This document shows positions 28,758 through 38,900 of a stretch of DNA of 64,000 nt, piece after piece. The stretch is from Deltaproteobacteria bacterium (GTDB taxonomy: Bacteria; Myxococcota; Kuafuiibacteriia; Kuafuiibacteriales; Kuafuiibacteriaceae), in NCBI GenBank assembly GCA_040218735.1, contig JAVJQW010000015.1:64001-128000 (forward strand). Direction: 5' to 3'. The translations under genes were made by a program, and so were the position numbers. Position 1 is the stretch's first letter; the number at the start of each line of letters is the position of its first letter. The notes beneath the pieces are model-generated. The model was not told the DNA's origin. It did not search any database and was given only the letters and a program-made list of their open reading frames with translations.

Positions 28758-29306
28758 ATGAAGAACGTCAAACAGATCCTCGTCGCGGTCGACTTCTCCG
28801 ACTGCTCCCACGCGCTCGCCAACCAGGCCGCGCAGCTCGCGGCCAAGCTCGACGCCCGGCTCGTCTTCCTGAACGTCGTCGCGCCCCCCTCGGGCCTCGA
28901 TCCGGATGCGATCATCTTCCCCAGCCAGGGCGACGAAGGGGTCGGCGTCCTGAGTTATCTGAAGACCGACGCCGAACGTAAGATGCCGCGTTACATCGAA
29001 GACGCGGCGAACCGCGAAGGTGTGCCGGCCACGTGCAAGGTGGTCGTCGGCTCACCCGTCGAGACGATCCTCGCCGAGGCGAGCGCCCTCCCGGCCGACA
29101 TCATCTTCCTCGGCTCCCACGGTCGCACCGGTCTCAACCGTCTCGTCCTCGGGAGCGTCTCGGAGCGCGTTCTCCGGCACGCCGAGGTCCCGTGCATGGT
29201 CGTTCGGAACATCCACCGCCACGAGTGCGAAGCGTCGAGCTGCGCCACGTGTGCGTCGGGGACGAGCGACCCCACGCGCCAAGCGCGCGCCGAGCTCGAC
29301 GGCTGA
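28758..29306 (+). CDS. Universal stress protein with Cys-rich tail
   Basis: ILVAVDFS and GSHGRTGLNRLVLGSVSERVLRHA motifs. Confidence 0.9.
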   Translation: MKNVKQILVAVDFSDCSHALANQAAQLAAKLDARLVFLNVVAPPSGLDPDAIIFPSQGDEGVGVLSYLKTDAERKMPRYIEDAANREGVPATCKVVVGSPVETILAEASALPADIIFLGSHGRTGLNRLVLGSVSERVLRHAEVPCMVVRNIHRHECEASSCATCASGTSDPTRQARAELDG

Positions 29307-29362
29307 CGTGATGGCCCGCGCCCTGGTTGCAACCGACGCGACCGACCCCCTACGGTGTCCAG

Positions 29363-29872
29363 GTGATTCGCGCCGGCGTCGTCGTTCAATGGGCCCTTCC
29401 CCTCGTCTGCCTCGCGGCCGGGTTTGGCATCGCACGCCAGGCCGTGCTCGAGCGTCACGGCTGCCCCTGCGGTGACGCCGCTCCCGAACCACTCGCCGCC
29501 CCCACACCGCCCGAGGCTCCGGAGCCCCGCGAGGCGTTGACGTACGTCCCGCGTCGCACCGTCGAGGTCGACGAGAGCCTCCCGCGCCAGCTCACCGACT
29601 CCGACGTGCTCGGCGTCCTCCGTGAGCACCGCGTCGCGATCCGCAACTGTCTGCGGGCGCACCAAGCGTCCACGTCGAACCTCGAAGGTGAGATGAAGGT
29701 GAAGCTCCTGATCCCCAGGAGCGGTCGCGCGACACGGGTGTCCGTCTCCCCCGCCAGGTTCCGTGCGTCCGTCGTCGGTCAGTGCGTAGCGCGCGAGGTG
29801 AAGACGTGGCGCTTCCCGGCGTTCAGCGGTCCGTGGATGCCGATCGACTTCCCGGTCACCGTTCGGCGTTAG
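29363..29872 (+). CDS. AgmX/PglI-type (TonB C-terminal-like) domain protein
   Basis: N-terminal TM, Pro-rich linker, AIRNCL...VGQCVAREVKTWRFPAF. Confidence 0.7.
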   Translation: MIRAGVVVQWALPLVCLAAGFGIARQAVLERHGCPCGDAAPEPLAAPTPPEAPEPREALTYVPRRTVEVDESLPRQLTDSDVLGVLREHRVAIRNCLRAHQASTSNLEGEMKVKLLIPRSGRATRVSVSPARFRASVVGQCVAREVKTWRFPAFSGPWMPIDFPVTVRR

Positions 29873-30393
29873 CTGCCGCGCGTGCGCTCCGCGGCGGTCG
29901 CGCGCATCGACTCTAGCAACCGCGCCAGCACGGGCGACGCGTTCCCCTCGCGGTAGATGCAACACAGGTCGATGTGCGGGCGCGGTTTGTCGTGCAGCGG
30001 CCGATACGCCACGCCCGGCACGTGGAGGTTCGTCGCCGATCGCGGCACCAGACACAGCGCCCCGCCGGTCGCGACGTGCGCGATGCCGTGCACCACGTCC
30101 GAGACCGCGGCGACGACCTCCGGCTCGAAGCCGACGCCGCGGCAGAGGTCGAGGAAGTAGTCGATGAAGCTCGGGCGCACGCCGGTCGGGAACACGACGA
30201 CGGGGTGCCCTTCCAGCTCGGCGAGATCGATCGCGGTGCGCGCTGCGAGCGGATGATCGCTCGGCGCCGCGACGAACAGCGGCTCCGTGAGCAAAACCTC
30301 CGAGGTCAACCCGGGGATGGGGCGCATCAACCGGTTGAAGGCGAGGTCGATGCGGTCGGCCTCGAGCGCTTCGAGTTGTTCGGCCTTGTTCAT
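29869..30393 (-). pseudogene. LysR substrate-binding domain fragment (CatR/BenM-like) lacking the HTH
   Basis: (HN)MNKAEQLEALEADRIDLAFNR...EPLFVAAPSDHPLA; upstream in-frame sequence is not LysR-like. Confidence 0.65.
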
Positions 30394-30470
30394 GTTGTGC
30401 TCTCTCCCGAGGCGTCCGCGATGACGGGTTCGACGATGATGCTCGATGCGGGGCGGCGACGGGGCCTCCC

Positions 30471-30833
30471 GTGACGCGCTTCGTGTGTACGGTCGAGAGC
30501 GAAGATGGCGAACGCGTCGACGTCCGAGTCCGGCCCGACCAGCACCTCCTCGCCGCCCTCGCGGCGCGTGGGTTGGCGGTGGTGCCCGTCGGCTGTCGCG
30601 GCGGTGGGTGTGGTGTCTGCCGCGTACGTGTCTTGGCCGGCGACTACACCTGCCGGCCGATGAGCCAACGTCACGTCAGCGCCGAGGCTCGTGGGGAAGG
30701 TTATGCGCTCGCCTGCCGCGTGTACCCGCGAGGTGATCTCGTCGTCCGGTGCGCCAGCGCAGAGCCCGAGCGTGACCCCCTGGAGGCCGGCGAAGACGAT
30801 GGCGGCGGTGATGATGCCTTTCACGCTGGGTGA
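30471..30833 (+). CDS. XylT-type [2Fe-2S] ferredoxin
   Basis: VPVGCRGGGCGVCRVRV...MSQRHVS...GYALACRVYPRGDL. Confidence 0.8.
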   Translation: MTRFVCTVESEDGERVDVRVRPDQHLLAALAARGLAVVPVGCRGGGCGVCRVRVLAGDYTCRPMSQRHVSAEARGEGYALACRVYPRGDLVVRCASAEPERDPLEAGEDDGGGDDAFHAG

Positions 30834-30882
30834 GAGCCGCCGCGCGTGAACAGGATTCTCGGAGCGGGGCGAAAGACTGGGC

Positions 30883-32112
30883 TCAGCGATTCGCGAGCGC
30901 AACGAGGGTGTCCGCGAGGACCTGCGCGCCCGCCGCGACGTCGCTCGGGCGCGCGGCCTCCAGCTCGTTGTGGCTGATGCCGCGCTCACACGGCACGAAG
31001 ATCATCCCGCTCGGGCAGCGTAGCGAGAGCGCCATCGCGTCGTGGCCGGCGCCCGACACCATGCGCATCCACGACTGGCCCGACGCGCGGGCGGCGCGCT
31101 CGACCTCGTCGACGACGATCGGATCGAAGATCGTCGGTGGCACGTCCTCGGTGCGTTCGACGCTCGCCTGGCACGGAGCAGCGTCGGCGCACGCGGCTTC
31201 GATCGTCGCGGTCACGCGATCCAGCGTCGCTTGCTCCGGGTGGCGGAGATCGATCGTGAAGAAGACCCGCGACGGCACGGTGTTGGGTGTGCCGGGTTCG
31301 ACTTCGAAGCGTCCGACGGTGAATCGGATCGTGTCGTCCTCGTCGGTGGCGACCGCCTCCGCGGCGGCGATGATTCGTCGCGCGACGACGAAGGCGTCGC
31401 GCTTCGCGGCGCGCGGGGTCGTCCCGGCGTGGGCGGCTTCGCCGAGCACTTCGATGGCGAACCAGCGCAGCCCCTGCACCGAATCGACCACGCCGATCGT
31501 GGTGTCGGCCGCTTCGAGGCGCGGTCCCTGTTCGATGTGCGCCTCGACGTAGGCCGAGACGTCGAAGCCGGTGTCGCGCATGCGCACGTGAGGTGTCGCG
31601 CCGATCAGTCGTTGGATCTCCCCGGCGAGCTCGACGCCGTGGGCGTCGCGGAGGGGGCGGACCTCCTCGAGTGTGTGGTGGCCGCAGAAGAACTGCGAAC
31701 CCATCATGCCGGGCTGGAAGCGGCTGCCTTCCTCGTTCACCCACCCGACGGCCTCGATGCTCCGTCGGGTCTCGACGTTGGCGTCGCCGATGGCTTCGAT
31801 GGCTTCGAACGCGGCCATCACGCCGTAGGCGCCGTCGAACTTTCCGCCGGTGGGTTGGCTGTCGAGGTGGCTCCCGCTGATCACGGGGGGCGCGTCCGGG
31901 TCGGACCCAGGGCGACGCACGAAGAGGTTGCCGATCGCGTCGGTGCTGACCTCGAAGCCCAGGTCTTCCGCCCACCCGACGATCAGCTGGCGTGCGCTCG
32001 CGTCTTCGGCGGAGAATGCCTGGCGGTTCACACCACCGGCGGCCGTCGCGCCGTGTTCGGCGAGGGTCATCAGCCTGCGCCACAGGCGTTCTTGGTCGAC
32101 TCGAATCGTCAT
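30883..32112 (-). CDS. M20-family Zn amidohydrolase (N-carbamoyl-amino acid hydrolase/beta-ureidopropionase-like)
   Basis: GSHLDSQPTGGKFDG, NEEGSRF, EAHIEQGP, AHAGTTP, SGAGHDA and GISHNELE motifs. Confidence 0.9.
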   Translation of the reverse strand: MTIRVDQERLWRRLMTLAEHGATAAGGVNRQAFSAEDASARQLIVGWAEDLGFEVSTDAIGNLFVRRPGSDPDAPPVISGSHLDSQPTGGKFDGAYGVMAAFEAIEAIGDANVETRRSIEAVGWVNEEGSRFQPGMMGSQFFCGHHTLEEVRPLRDAHGVELAGEIQRLIGATPHVRMRDTGFDVSAYVEAHIEQGPRLEAADTTIGVVDSVQGLRWFAIEVLGEAAHAGTTPRAAKRDAFVVARRIIAAAEAVATDEDDTIRFTVGRFEVEPGTPNTVPSRVFFTIDLRHPEQATLDRVTATIEAACADAAPCQASVERTEDVPPTIFDPIVVDEVERAARASGQSWMRMVSGAGHDAMALSLRCPSGMIFVPCERGISHNELEAARPSDVAAGAQVLADTLVALANR

Positions 32113-32125
32113 GGGGCTCCTGTAC

Positions 32126-33490
32126 TCACCATTGAATGGCCACCGCGACGGCGATGAACAGCCAACTCACCCCGTAGATCACGGCGATGAGTGGGAAGAT
32201 GAATCGCAGCCACGCGCCGTAACTCACCCGACCCATCGCGAGCATCGCGAGGGTACCGCCCGACGTCGGGACGATGAGGTTGGTGAGGCCGTCCCCGACT
32301 TGGAACGCGAGGATCATCGTCTGCCGCGAGATGCCCAGCAGGTCACCGAGCGGGATGAGGATGGGCATCGTCACCATCGCCTGTCCGCTCCCGGACGGGA
32401 TGAAGAAGTTGATGATGCCCTGCACGACCGAAGTGCAGATCGCAGCGAGCGTAACGGGCATCGATGAGAGCACGCTGCTGAGCCCCAGGATGACTGTGTC
32501 GATGATCCGCCCGTCCTTGAGCACGACCTGGATGGAGGCGGCGAGTCCGATGATCAGCGCGCCACCCGTCACGGCGGCGGCGCCGTCGACCATATGCCGC
32601 ACGATCGTCTCCCCCGGCATCCGACACGCGACGCCCACGATGATCGCGATCGCGAGGAAGGCACCGGCGATCTCTTTGATGTACCAGCCCTCCGTGAACA
32701 CGCCCCACAACATGAAGACGAGCCCGCCCACGAAGATGCCGAGCACCTTGTAGTCGGCGAAGCCGAGCCGGTAGTCGTCCAGCGACTTGCTGAGCCCGGC
32801 GTCGTCGTCTTCGTCCCGTTCGGAGCGGTCGACCGCGCGTGACACGTAGGCGGCCACCGCAGCGAGCGCGACGACGACCAGCGTCGCGCGGAGCAGCGCG
32901 CCCGAGAACAGCGGGAGCTCGGCGAGCTGCTGCGAGACACCGACGGTGTACGGGTTGATCGGCGACAACGCGAAGCCGACGCCGATCCCCCCCACCGCCA
33001 TGCCGACACCGACGAGGCGCCCGGCACCGATCGCTGCGCTGACGAGGAGCGCGACGGGCACGAGCGCGATGTTGTTCTCGAAGCCGACCGCGACGCCGAA
33101 GAAGCCGAAGACGAACGTCGTCATCCAGATGATCACCTTGCGGTTCGCGAGGCCGATCTTGCGGACGAACACCCCCACCGCGTTTTCGAGCGCGCCGGTC
33201 TCGTCGAGCACGCGGAACAGGCCGCCCGCGATGAAGACGATGAAGAGGTAGCGTGCGGCGGCGAGCATCCCGCGGGGGACCGCGACGAAGACGTCGAAGA
33301 CGCCGGCCGGCGCGCCCGTGACGGCGTGGTAGGTGCCGGGCACGACGCGGGTCTTTCCGTCGACGAGCTCGGTTTCGAACGCCCCTGCGGGGACGACGTG
33401 GGTGGCGATCGCGGCGAAGACCAGGACGAAGAAGATGAGGACCATCGGATCGGGGATCCGGAAGCGGGAGCGTGGGGAGGCGTCGTGCAT
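32126..33490 (-). CDS. YfcC/DcuC-like (C4-dicarboxylate anaerobic carrier family) transporter
   Basis: Multi-TM; INPYTVG, FFIPSGSGQA and AFQVGDG motifs. Confidence 0.85.
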   Translation of the reverse strand: MHDASPRSRFRIPDPMVLIFFVLVFAAIATHVVPAGAFETELVDGKTRVVPGTYHAVTGAPAGVFDVFVAVPRGMLAAARYLFIVFIAGGLFRVLDETGALENAVGVFVRKIGLANRKVIIWMTTFVFGFFGVAVGFENNIALVPVALLVSAAIGAGRLVGVGMAVGGIGVGFALSPINPYTVGVSQQLAELPLFSGALLRATLVVVALAAVAAYVSRAVDRSERDEDDDAGLSKSLDDYRLGFADYKVLGIFVGGLVFMLWGVFTEGWYIKEIAGAFLAIAIIVGVACRMPGETIVRHMVDGAAAVTGGALIIGLAASIQVVLKDGRIIDTVILGLSSVLSSMPVTLAAICTSVVQGIINFFIPSGSGQAMVTMPILIPLGDLLGISRQTMILAFQVGDGLTNLIVPTSGGTLAMLAMGRVSYGAWLRFIFPLIAVIYGVSWLFIAVAVAIQW

Positions 33491-33592
33491 GTGAGGAGCG
33501 GCGGTCCTTCACGGCTCACACGCGACGGTCGCGGCTGTCAAAGACACTCGTCCGTTTACCGATCCCATCGCGGATGTCATCCTCGGCCGCCG

Positions 33593-34495
33593 ATGACGAG
33601 CGGTGTCCATCGATCCGGAGCGCGTCCGTCCATCCAGACCGACGCGGCCTCCAACGAGGCCAAGGCTCCCCGCGCGCCCGGCGCGATGGTCATCGAGGCC
33701 CCGGAGCCGCTCCCCGGAGCGCTACGGATCGAGCTGCCGGCGCTGTTGCGTCGGGCGCTGAAGGCGGACGTCCCGCAGCGGCGGCAACAGATCGATCCCG
33801 AGTCCGGTGCTCGGGAAGGGACGTGCGGTCTGTACGCGCTCGGGATGGTGTTCGACTTCTGGCACGCGAGGGATTCGAAGGCGGCGGCGCCGCTCGTGAA
33901 GGACGAGGATCTGAAGGGCCCCGGCGTCAACTTCAACCACGCGCCCAACACCGACGAGCGCGTCTTCGACTACGCGCTGAGCGCCGGGTACAGCGCGACG
34001 GGCGAGATCTTCACGGCCTCGCACCTCGGCGCGATCGCCGAGCACTTCGGCTACGCATCGAAGGTGCACGACGGCGGCGATCTCGACGCGCTCTACCACA
34101 TCCTCGACGCGGGGCACCCCGCGCTGGTGTGCTTCGACGTCGACGCCAACGGCAACCCGCACGTCGTCGTCGGCGACCACGCGCACTGGGCCGTCATCAC
34201 CGGGTACGTGGACTTCGAAGGTGAGCGCTACGTGGTCGCCAAACACGGATGGGACGTCGCCGAGCACCACGTCTGGCGCGCCGAGGACTTCGCGCGATCG
34301 TGGCGCGGGCTCGAGTCGACGGACTACTACGGGACGCCGGGGGACGGGGCGTCGCTGCCCAACGGCCGGCCGCGTCCGTCGCGCGTCGAGCTCCCGAGCG
34401 CCGGTGAGGGGCGCGCGGACATCGCCGCTTCCGTCGCCGGGAAGATCGTCGAAGTGTTTCCGCCGGGCGAGGCACCGGCGGCGACGTCGCGATGA
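33593..34495 (+). CDS. Papain-fold cysteine protease resembling eukaryotic ACTMAP/C19orf54
   Basis: GTCGLYALGM, GYSATGEIF, GHPALVCFDVD.NGNP and GDHAHWAVI blocks. Confidence 0.65.
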   Translation: MTSGVHRSGARPSIQTDAASNEAKAPRAPGAMVIEAPEPLPGALRIELPALLRRALKADVPQRRQQIDPESGAREGTCGLYALGMVFDFWHARDSKAAAPLVKDEDLKGPGVNFNHAPNTDERVFDYALSAGYSATGEIFTASHLGAIAEHFGYASKVHDGGDLDALYHILDAGHPALVCFDVDANGNPHVVVGDHAHWAVITGYVDFEGERYVVAKHGWDVAEHHVWRAEDFARSWRGLESTDYYGTPGDGASLPNGRPRPSRVELPSAGEGRADIAASVAGKIVEVFPPGEAPAATSR

Positions 34496-35403
34496 AACAC
34501 CGGCTCGACCTCGGCGCGCTGCCCGAGCTCGGAGCGCCCGAGATCATCGAGGCGCCGCTCGAAGGCGCCGTCGACCGTGTTCGAGGGGAACGCGGCCTCT
34601 ACTTCCGCGCGCGTGGCGGAGTGTACGGGCCGGGGCCGGAGCGCCTGTTCGCGGACCGTCGCGCCGGGGCCCCGTGGCCGTTCGCGGGGGGCGTCGGGCT
34701 GCGGTGGGGATCCGTGGTTCGCTTCGCCTTCGACGACGGCGAGCACGTCGATGTGCCCGGCGACGTCTTCACGCTCGCGTCGAACGCCCTCGTCGGGCTC
34801 GTGCTGGACCGCCGCGCGCGTGTGCTGCGTCGCGTCGATCTCACCTCGCGCGAGGCACGGACGATCGGCGAGGTCGCCGGCGGCCTGGAGCGCCAGGTGC
34901 CGGGGGTTCTGAGTTTGGATCCGACGGGGACGCGCGCGCTCGTCCTCGACGCAGATACCTCCGGTCAAATCACGATGTCGGAGCTGAATCTCGCGTCCGG
35001 CGCGTCGCGGATCGTCCACGGGCCTTTGCCGCCGCGCTCGTGGATCGTCGGAGCGTTCGGTCCTCACGGCGAGCGTGTGCTGCTCGAGCAGCGCTTCGGC
35101 CCGACGCGCGCACGCCTGATCCATCAATCACGTACTTCGCACGTCCTCTTCGAGCTCACGGTCGCCCAACCCATGTTGCGCCCCGCCTTCCTGCGGCGCG
35201 ATGTCATCGCGGTGGTGCTCTCCACGGAGCCCCTCGGCCTCGCGACCTACGGCCCGCGCGATCTGTTCTTGGTCGCGATCCCCGGTGGAACGCGCCGCAA
35301 ACTCACCACCACGGGCGCGGTGTGCGGTCACCCGATCGTGCGGTCAGGTGAGTTGGAGGTCGACGCCGCGGAGGGCCTGATGCGATGGCGGTGTTCCCCT
35401 TGA
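34492..35403 (+). CDS. Hypothetical protein (beta-propeller-like)
   Basis: ATGA overlap with the upstream protease; beta-rich. Confidence 0.6.
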   Translation: MKHRLDLGALPELGAPEIIEAPLEGAVDRVRGERGLYFRARGGVYGPGPERLFADRRAGAPWPFAGGVGLRWGSVVRFAFDDGEHVDVPGDVFTLASNALVGLVLDRRARVLRRVDLTSREARTIGEVAGGLERQVPGVLSLDPTGTRALVLDADTSGQITMSELNLASGASRIVHGPLPPRSWIVGAFGPHGERVLLEQRFGPTRARLIHQSRTSHVLFELTVAQPMLRPAFLRRDVIAVVLSTEPLGLATYGPRDLFLVAIPGGTRRKLTTTGAVCGHPIVRSGELEVDAAEGLMRWRCSP

Positions 35404-35435
35404 TCGAAACTCAGGCGTGATCGCACTGTCCCCGT

Positions 35436-38400
35436 GTGGACCGATTCTGCCGAAGCGCCTTCGCCGCCGTCTGCCTCCTCCACGCCTTGGGCTGCACCGA
35501 GGCGGCGACCTTCGAGCTGACGATGTCGTGGGCGGACGGCGCACCCGAGGGCGAGACACTCTTCGTCTTCGTGCGGGTGGAGGAGGGCGGGCGAATCCTC
35601 GGACGCACGCCGGGCGCGCGCCTCGAGCGCGGCGTCGGGCTCGAGGTCCCTGACATCCCAATCGGCGCGGAGCGTGTGGTCGTCATCGAGCTGCGCGAGG
35701 CGAACGATCCTACGGCGCCGCTCCGCTACTACGGCGTCTCGGAGCCGTTCGATCTGAACGCAGGCGAGCACGTCGTGGTGGACGTGCGCGTCGCGCTGGT
35801 GGGGCCGCCGACGGTGACGAAGGTCGAGGTCGTTCCGGATCGCGTCGAGGGTTACGTGCGCACTTCGACGGCGCGCGTCGAGCTCTCGGCGGTCGGCGCT
35901 ACGCGGGCATTGCTGTCGAACCTCCCGAGCTTCACCGAGTCGGCCAGCGCGCCGCTCGGGCTCGACGCGACGGGGGCCGCGAGCACGACGTGGGATCTCG
36001 ATCGAGGCCTCGGCACCCCCTGTGCGCAGGGCCGCGTCTGCCCGCGGACGTTGTACGTTCGTTTCGTCGACGACGAGGGCGTGCGTTCGGAGCTCGTCGA
36101 CGTGCCGGTGGTCGTCGACCGACAGCGCCCGGACGTGGTTCCGGGCTCGGTCGTCTTCTCGATCGGTTCGCCCACTCCGCTGCTGCCCGACGTCGAGCGA
36201 GCCGGCGATGGTGCGTCGCTCTCGATCTCGTTCACCGCGAACGAGGAGCTCACGGAAGCGCCGAGCGTCACTGCGGTCGGGCCGGGGGTGATTCGGTGGT
36301 CGGAGCTCTCCGCATCCGGGCCCTCGTACTTCGGAGTCGTGGACATCGACGACTCCATCCCCGAGGGGACCTACGCCATTCGCATCGCACTTACCGATCG
36401 TGCGGGGCACCGCGGCTGGGTCGAGCCCGGCGTCGAGTTCGAGTTGGATCTACGTCGACCGTCGGCGCCCGACGTCACGAAAATTCGACTCGAACGGTCT
36501 CCGTGGACCTCGTTCGCGCACGGCTTCGACATCTGGCTCGTCGCGGAAGCAGGCGCGGTCGAGCCGGGCTCGATCGTCCGCGTGGTGCATCCAACGCTCG
36601 GCGAGGTCGGTCGCGCGCGCGCCGCCGCCGACGGCGCCTTTCCGCTCCTGGGCCTGACGTCCCCCGACGCCCCCGTCGTGAGCGTCCAGTCGATCGACGA
36701 CGCCGGCAACGTGTCCGAGCTCGTGCCGATTCAGGACGGTCTCTGGGTGGCTTCGCTCGAGGGCAAGGTTTCGGGTTCGGCCACACCCAATCCGCACGAC
36801 GTTTGGATCGCCAACGGGGTGCGCCCCGCGCTGCACCAGGACTCGGAGGCGATCGGTACGCTCCCTTCCATCACGCAGCTCGACCGGCTCGCCGTGCTCG
36901 ACGACGACGATCCTGTCAACCTCGTGAGCACCTATCGCTGGACGGCACTCGACCCCGTGACACCTCCCCCCGCACGAACGCGTACGGGCCTCGCGTTCGA
37001 CGGCGCGCGCGGGCTCGTGATCACCTCGGGCGGCGCGCGAACGGACTACCCCGCGCGCGACGACACGTTCGAATGGGACGGACGGACGTGGCGAGAATTG
37101 CGATCGAGTCTGCGGCCGGCGCCGGGACGCGCGGCGATGGCCTGGGATGCCGTGCGCGGCGAGACAGTGCTCGTCGACGAAGGCGGTAGCACGTACACGA
37201 CGACGGGTGAGGGCTGGGTCGCGGCGGGTTTCGGTGGCCCGACGCCGTACCCCACGCAGATGACCTACGACACCGATCGTGGGTTGGTCCTCGCGGCCGA
37301 CGCCTCCGGGTTGTGGGTATGGGATGGCGCGCGGTGGCAGATGGATCCCGAGATTCCACCGCCCCCTGATGGCCTCGGGGCGCTCGCCTACGACGAGACA
37401 CGCGGGTGCCTGGTGAGTTTCAGTGGCGCCACGGTGTCCATGACCGTCGAGCACTGCGGGCAGGGGTGGGTAACGGGGCCGCCCGCCCCGACCTCACCCG
37501 TCCTCGGGGCGTCGAGCGCGCTGGTCTACGATAGGTCCGAGCGTCGTCTCATCACTTGGATCGGCGACTCGACGCACGTGTACACAAACGGTGCGTGGGT
37601 CGAGCTCGCCCAGAGCGTCCAGATCCGAAACGCGGGACTCACGTATGATCACCACGCCGGCCGCGTGTTCTCCTTCGGTGGAGATTTCAACTTCAGCAAC
37701 TTCGACTTCTTCGGGCAGCTCCTGGAGAACCGCTGGACGCCCGTTTCCACCGTGGGGGGACCACCCGGGATCGGCGTCACCGCCGCATACGATCCGACGC
37801 GTGACGTCGTCGTCGCGCTCGCGAGCTCGGGGACGGGGTTGTGGAACGGCGAAGTGTGGACGACCTGCAACGCGACCCGCCCCGTGGGGTTCAGCGGGCG
37901 GAACGCGGTCACGTTCTCCCCTTCGCTGAATCGCGTAGTCTACATGGCGGCCGGGCAGGTGTATGGGTTCGTCGATGGCTGTAGCTGGGCCTCGCTGGGG
38001 CCGGCGCCGACGCCGTCCTCGATCGCCTACGACGCAGCCAACGATCGCATCATCGCCGTCGGAGCCACACAGACGCACGCGTGGACGCCCTTGACCGGTT
38101 CGGTCGTCATCGCGTCCGGTCATTCGAGTCTGTCGCTCGCGTACGATGCGGCGAGCTCGCGCGTGGTGGGTTACGACGGGCAAGCCATCTTGCAGATCGT
38201 CGGCGGCGCGTGGACGGTCGCGTCGACCTACGGGACGCCGCCGACGCTCACGAACCCACGTCTCTTTGCGAGGGGGAGCGGGGAGCTGATCGCGGCCGGT
38301 GACGAAGGCATGTGGCGGCACACCGCGGCGGGGTGGAGCCGGATCCGGATCCGCGGCGGTGCGCCGTCGTGGCAGCAGCGCAGCGCCGTGTACGATCCGG

Positions 38401-38861
38401 TTCGCGGCGACCTGCTGATGTTGCCGGGTGGCGGCAGCGCGCTCGGAACGTATCGTCTTCCGCTCGGACAGCCCGAGGCGGCCGTCGTCGTGCTGCGCGT
38501 GGACCCGCTGTCGATCGGCGTCCCGGTCACTTCGCTCGGTACGCTCGAGGTTACGGCGCGCGGCGGCGCGGTGGGGTACGTCGACGGCTCGACCTCGCCC
38601 GAAGCGGGGCTCGCGATCGAGCGATGGGACACGACGACCTCGACCTGGATCGAGGTGGTCGCGAAGGACGCCTCCACGCCCGACGCCGTCTCCACGGTGA
38701 CCGGCTTCGTCTCCGCCGCGGATGTGTCTCGATCGCTGTTCGGGCGGGACCCGAAGATCTACCTGCGCGTTCGCCCGCGTCGGGCCGAGACGAACGGCGC
38801 CGGCCCCGCGCGTTTGGTGCTGGACGGGATCCAGGTCGCCGTCGCGTACACGGCCGGGTGA
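35436..38861 (+). CDS. Large lipoprotein with Ig-like domains and Kelch-like beta-propeller repeats
   Basis: Lipobox ALGC; DRAGH/DDAGN Ig motifs; repeated (L/M)AYD...W.WDG..W units. Confidence 0.75.
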   Translation: MDRFCRSAFAAVCLLHALGCTEAATFELTMSWADGAPEGETLFVFVRVEEGGRILGRTPGARLERGVGLEVPDIPIGAERVVVIELREANDPTAPLRYYGVSEPFDLNAGEHVVVDVRVALVGPPTVTKVEVVPDRVEGYVRTSTARVELSAVGATRALLSNLPSFTESASAPLGLDATGAASTTWDLDRGLGTPCAQGRVCPRTLYVRFVDDEGVRSELVDVPVVVDRQRPDVVPGSVVFSIGSPTPLLPDVERAGDGASLSISFTANEELTEAPSVTAVGPGVIRWSELSASGPSYFGVVDIDDSIPEGTYAIRIALTDRAGHRGWVEPGVEFELDLRRPSAPDVTKIRLERSPWTSFAHGFDIWLVAEAGAVEPGSIVRVVHPTLGEVGRARAAADGAFPLLGLTSPDAPVVSVQSIDDAGNVSELVPIQDGLWVASLEGKVSGSATPNPHDVWIANGVRPALHQDSEAIGTLPSITQLDRLAVLDDDDPVNLVSTYRWTALDPVTPPPARTRTGLAFDGARGLVITSGGARTDYPARDDTFEWDGRTWRELRSSLRPAPGRAAMAWDAVRGETVLVDEGGSTYTTTGEGWVAAGFGGPTPYPTQMTYDTDRGLVLAADASGLWVWDGARWQMDPEIPPPPDGLGALAYDETRGCLVSFSGATVSMTVEHCGQGWVTGPPAPTSPVLGASSALVYDRSERRLITWIGDSTHVYTNGAWVELAQSVQIRNAGLTYDHHAGRVFSFGGDFNFSNFDFFGQLLENRWTPVSTVGGPPGIGVTAAYDPTRDVVVALASSGTGLWNGEVWTTCNATRPVGFSGRNAVTFSPSLNRVVYMAAGQVYGFVDGCSWASLGPAPTPSSIAYDAANDRIIAVGATQTHAWTPLTGSVVIASGHSSLSLAYDAASSRVVGYDGQAILQIVGGAWTVASTYGTPPTLTNPRLFARGSGELIAAGDEGMWRHTAAGWSRIRIRGGAPSWQQRSAVYDPVRGDLLMLPGGGSALGTYRLPLGQPEAAVVVLRVDPLSIGVPVTSLGTLEVTARGGAVGYVDGSTSPEAGLAIERWDTTTSTWIEVVAKDASTPDAVSTVTGFVSAADVSRSLFGRDPKIYLRVRPRRAETNGAGPARLVLDGIQVAVAYTAG

Positions 38862-38900
38862 GCGCGTGAGTTTCCGGGGGGGCGCGGCATATCCCCCCGC

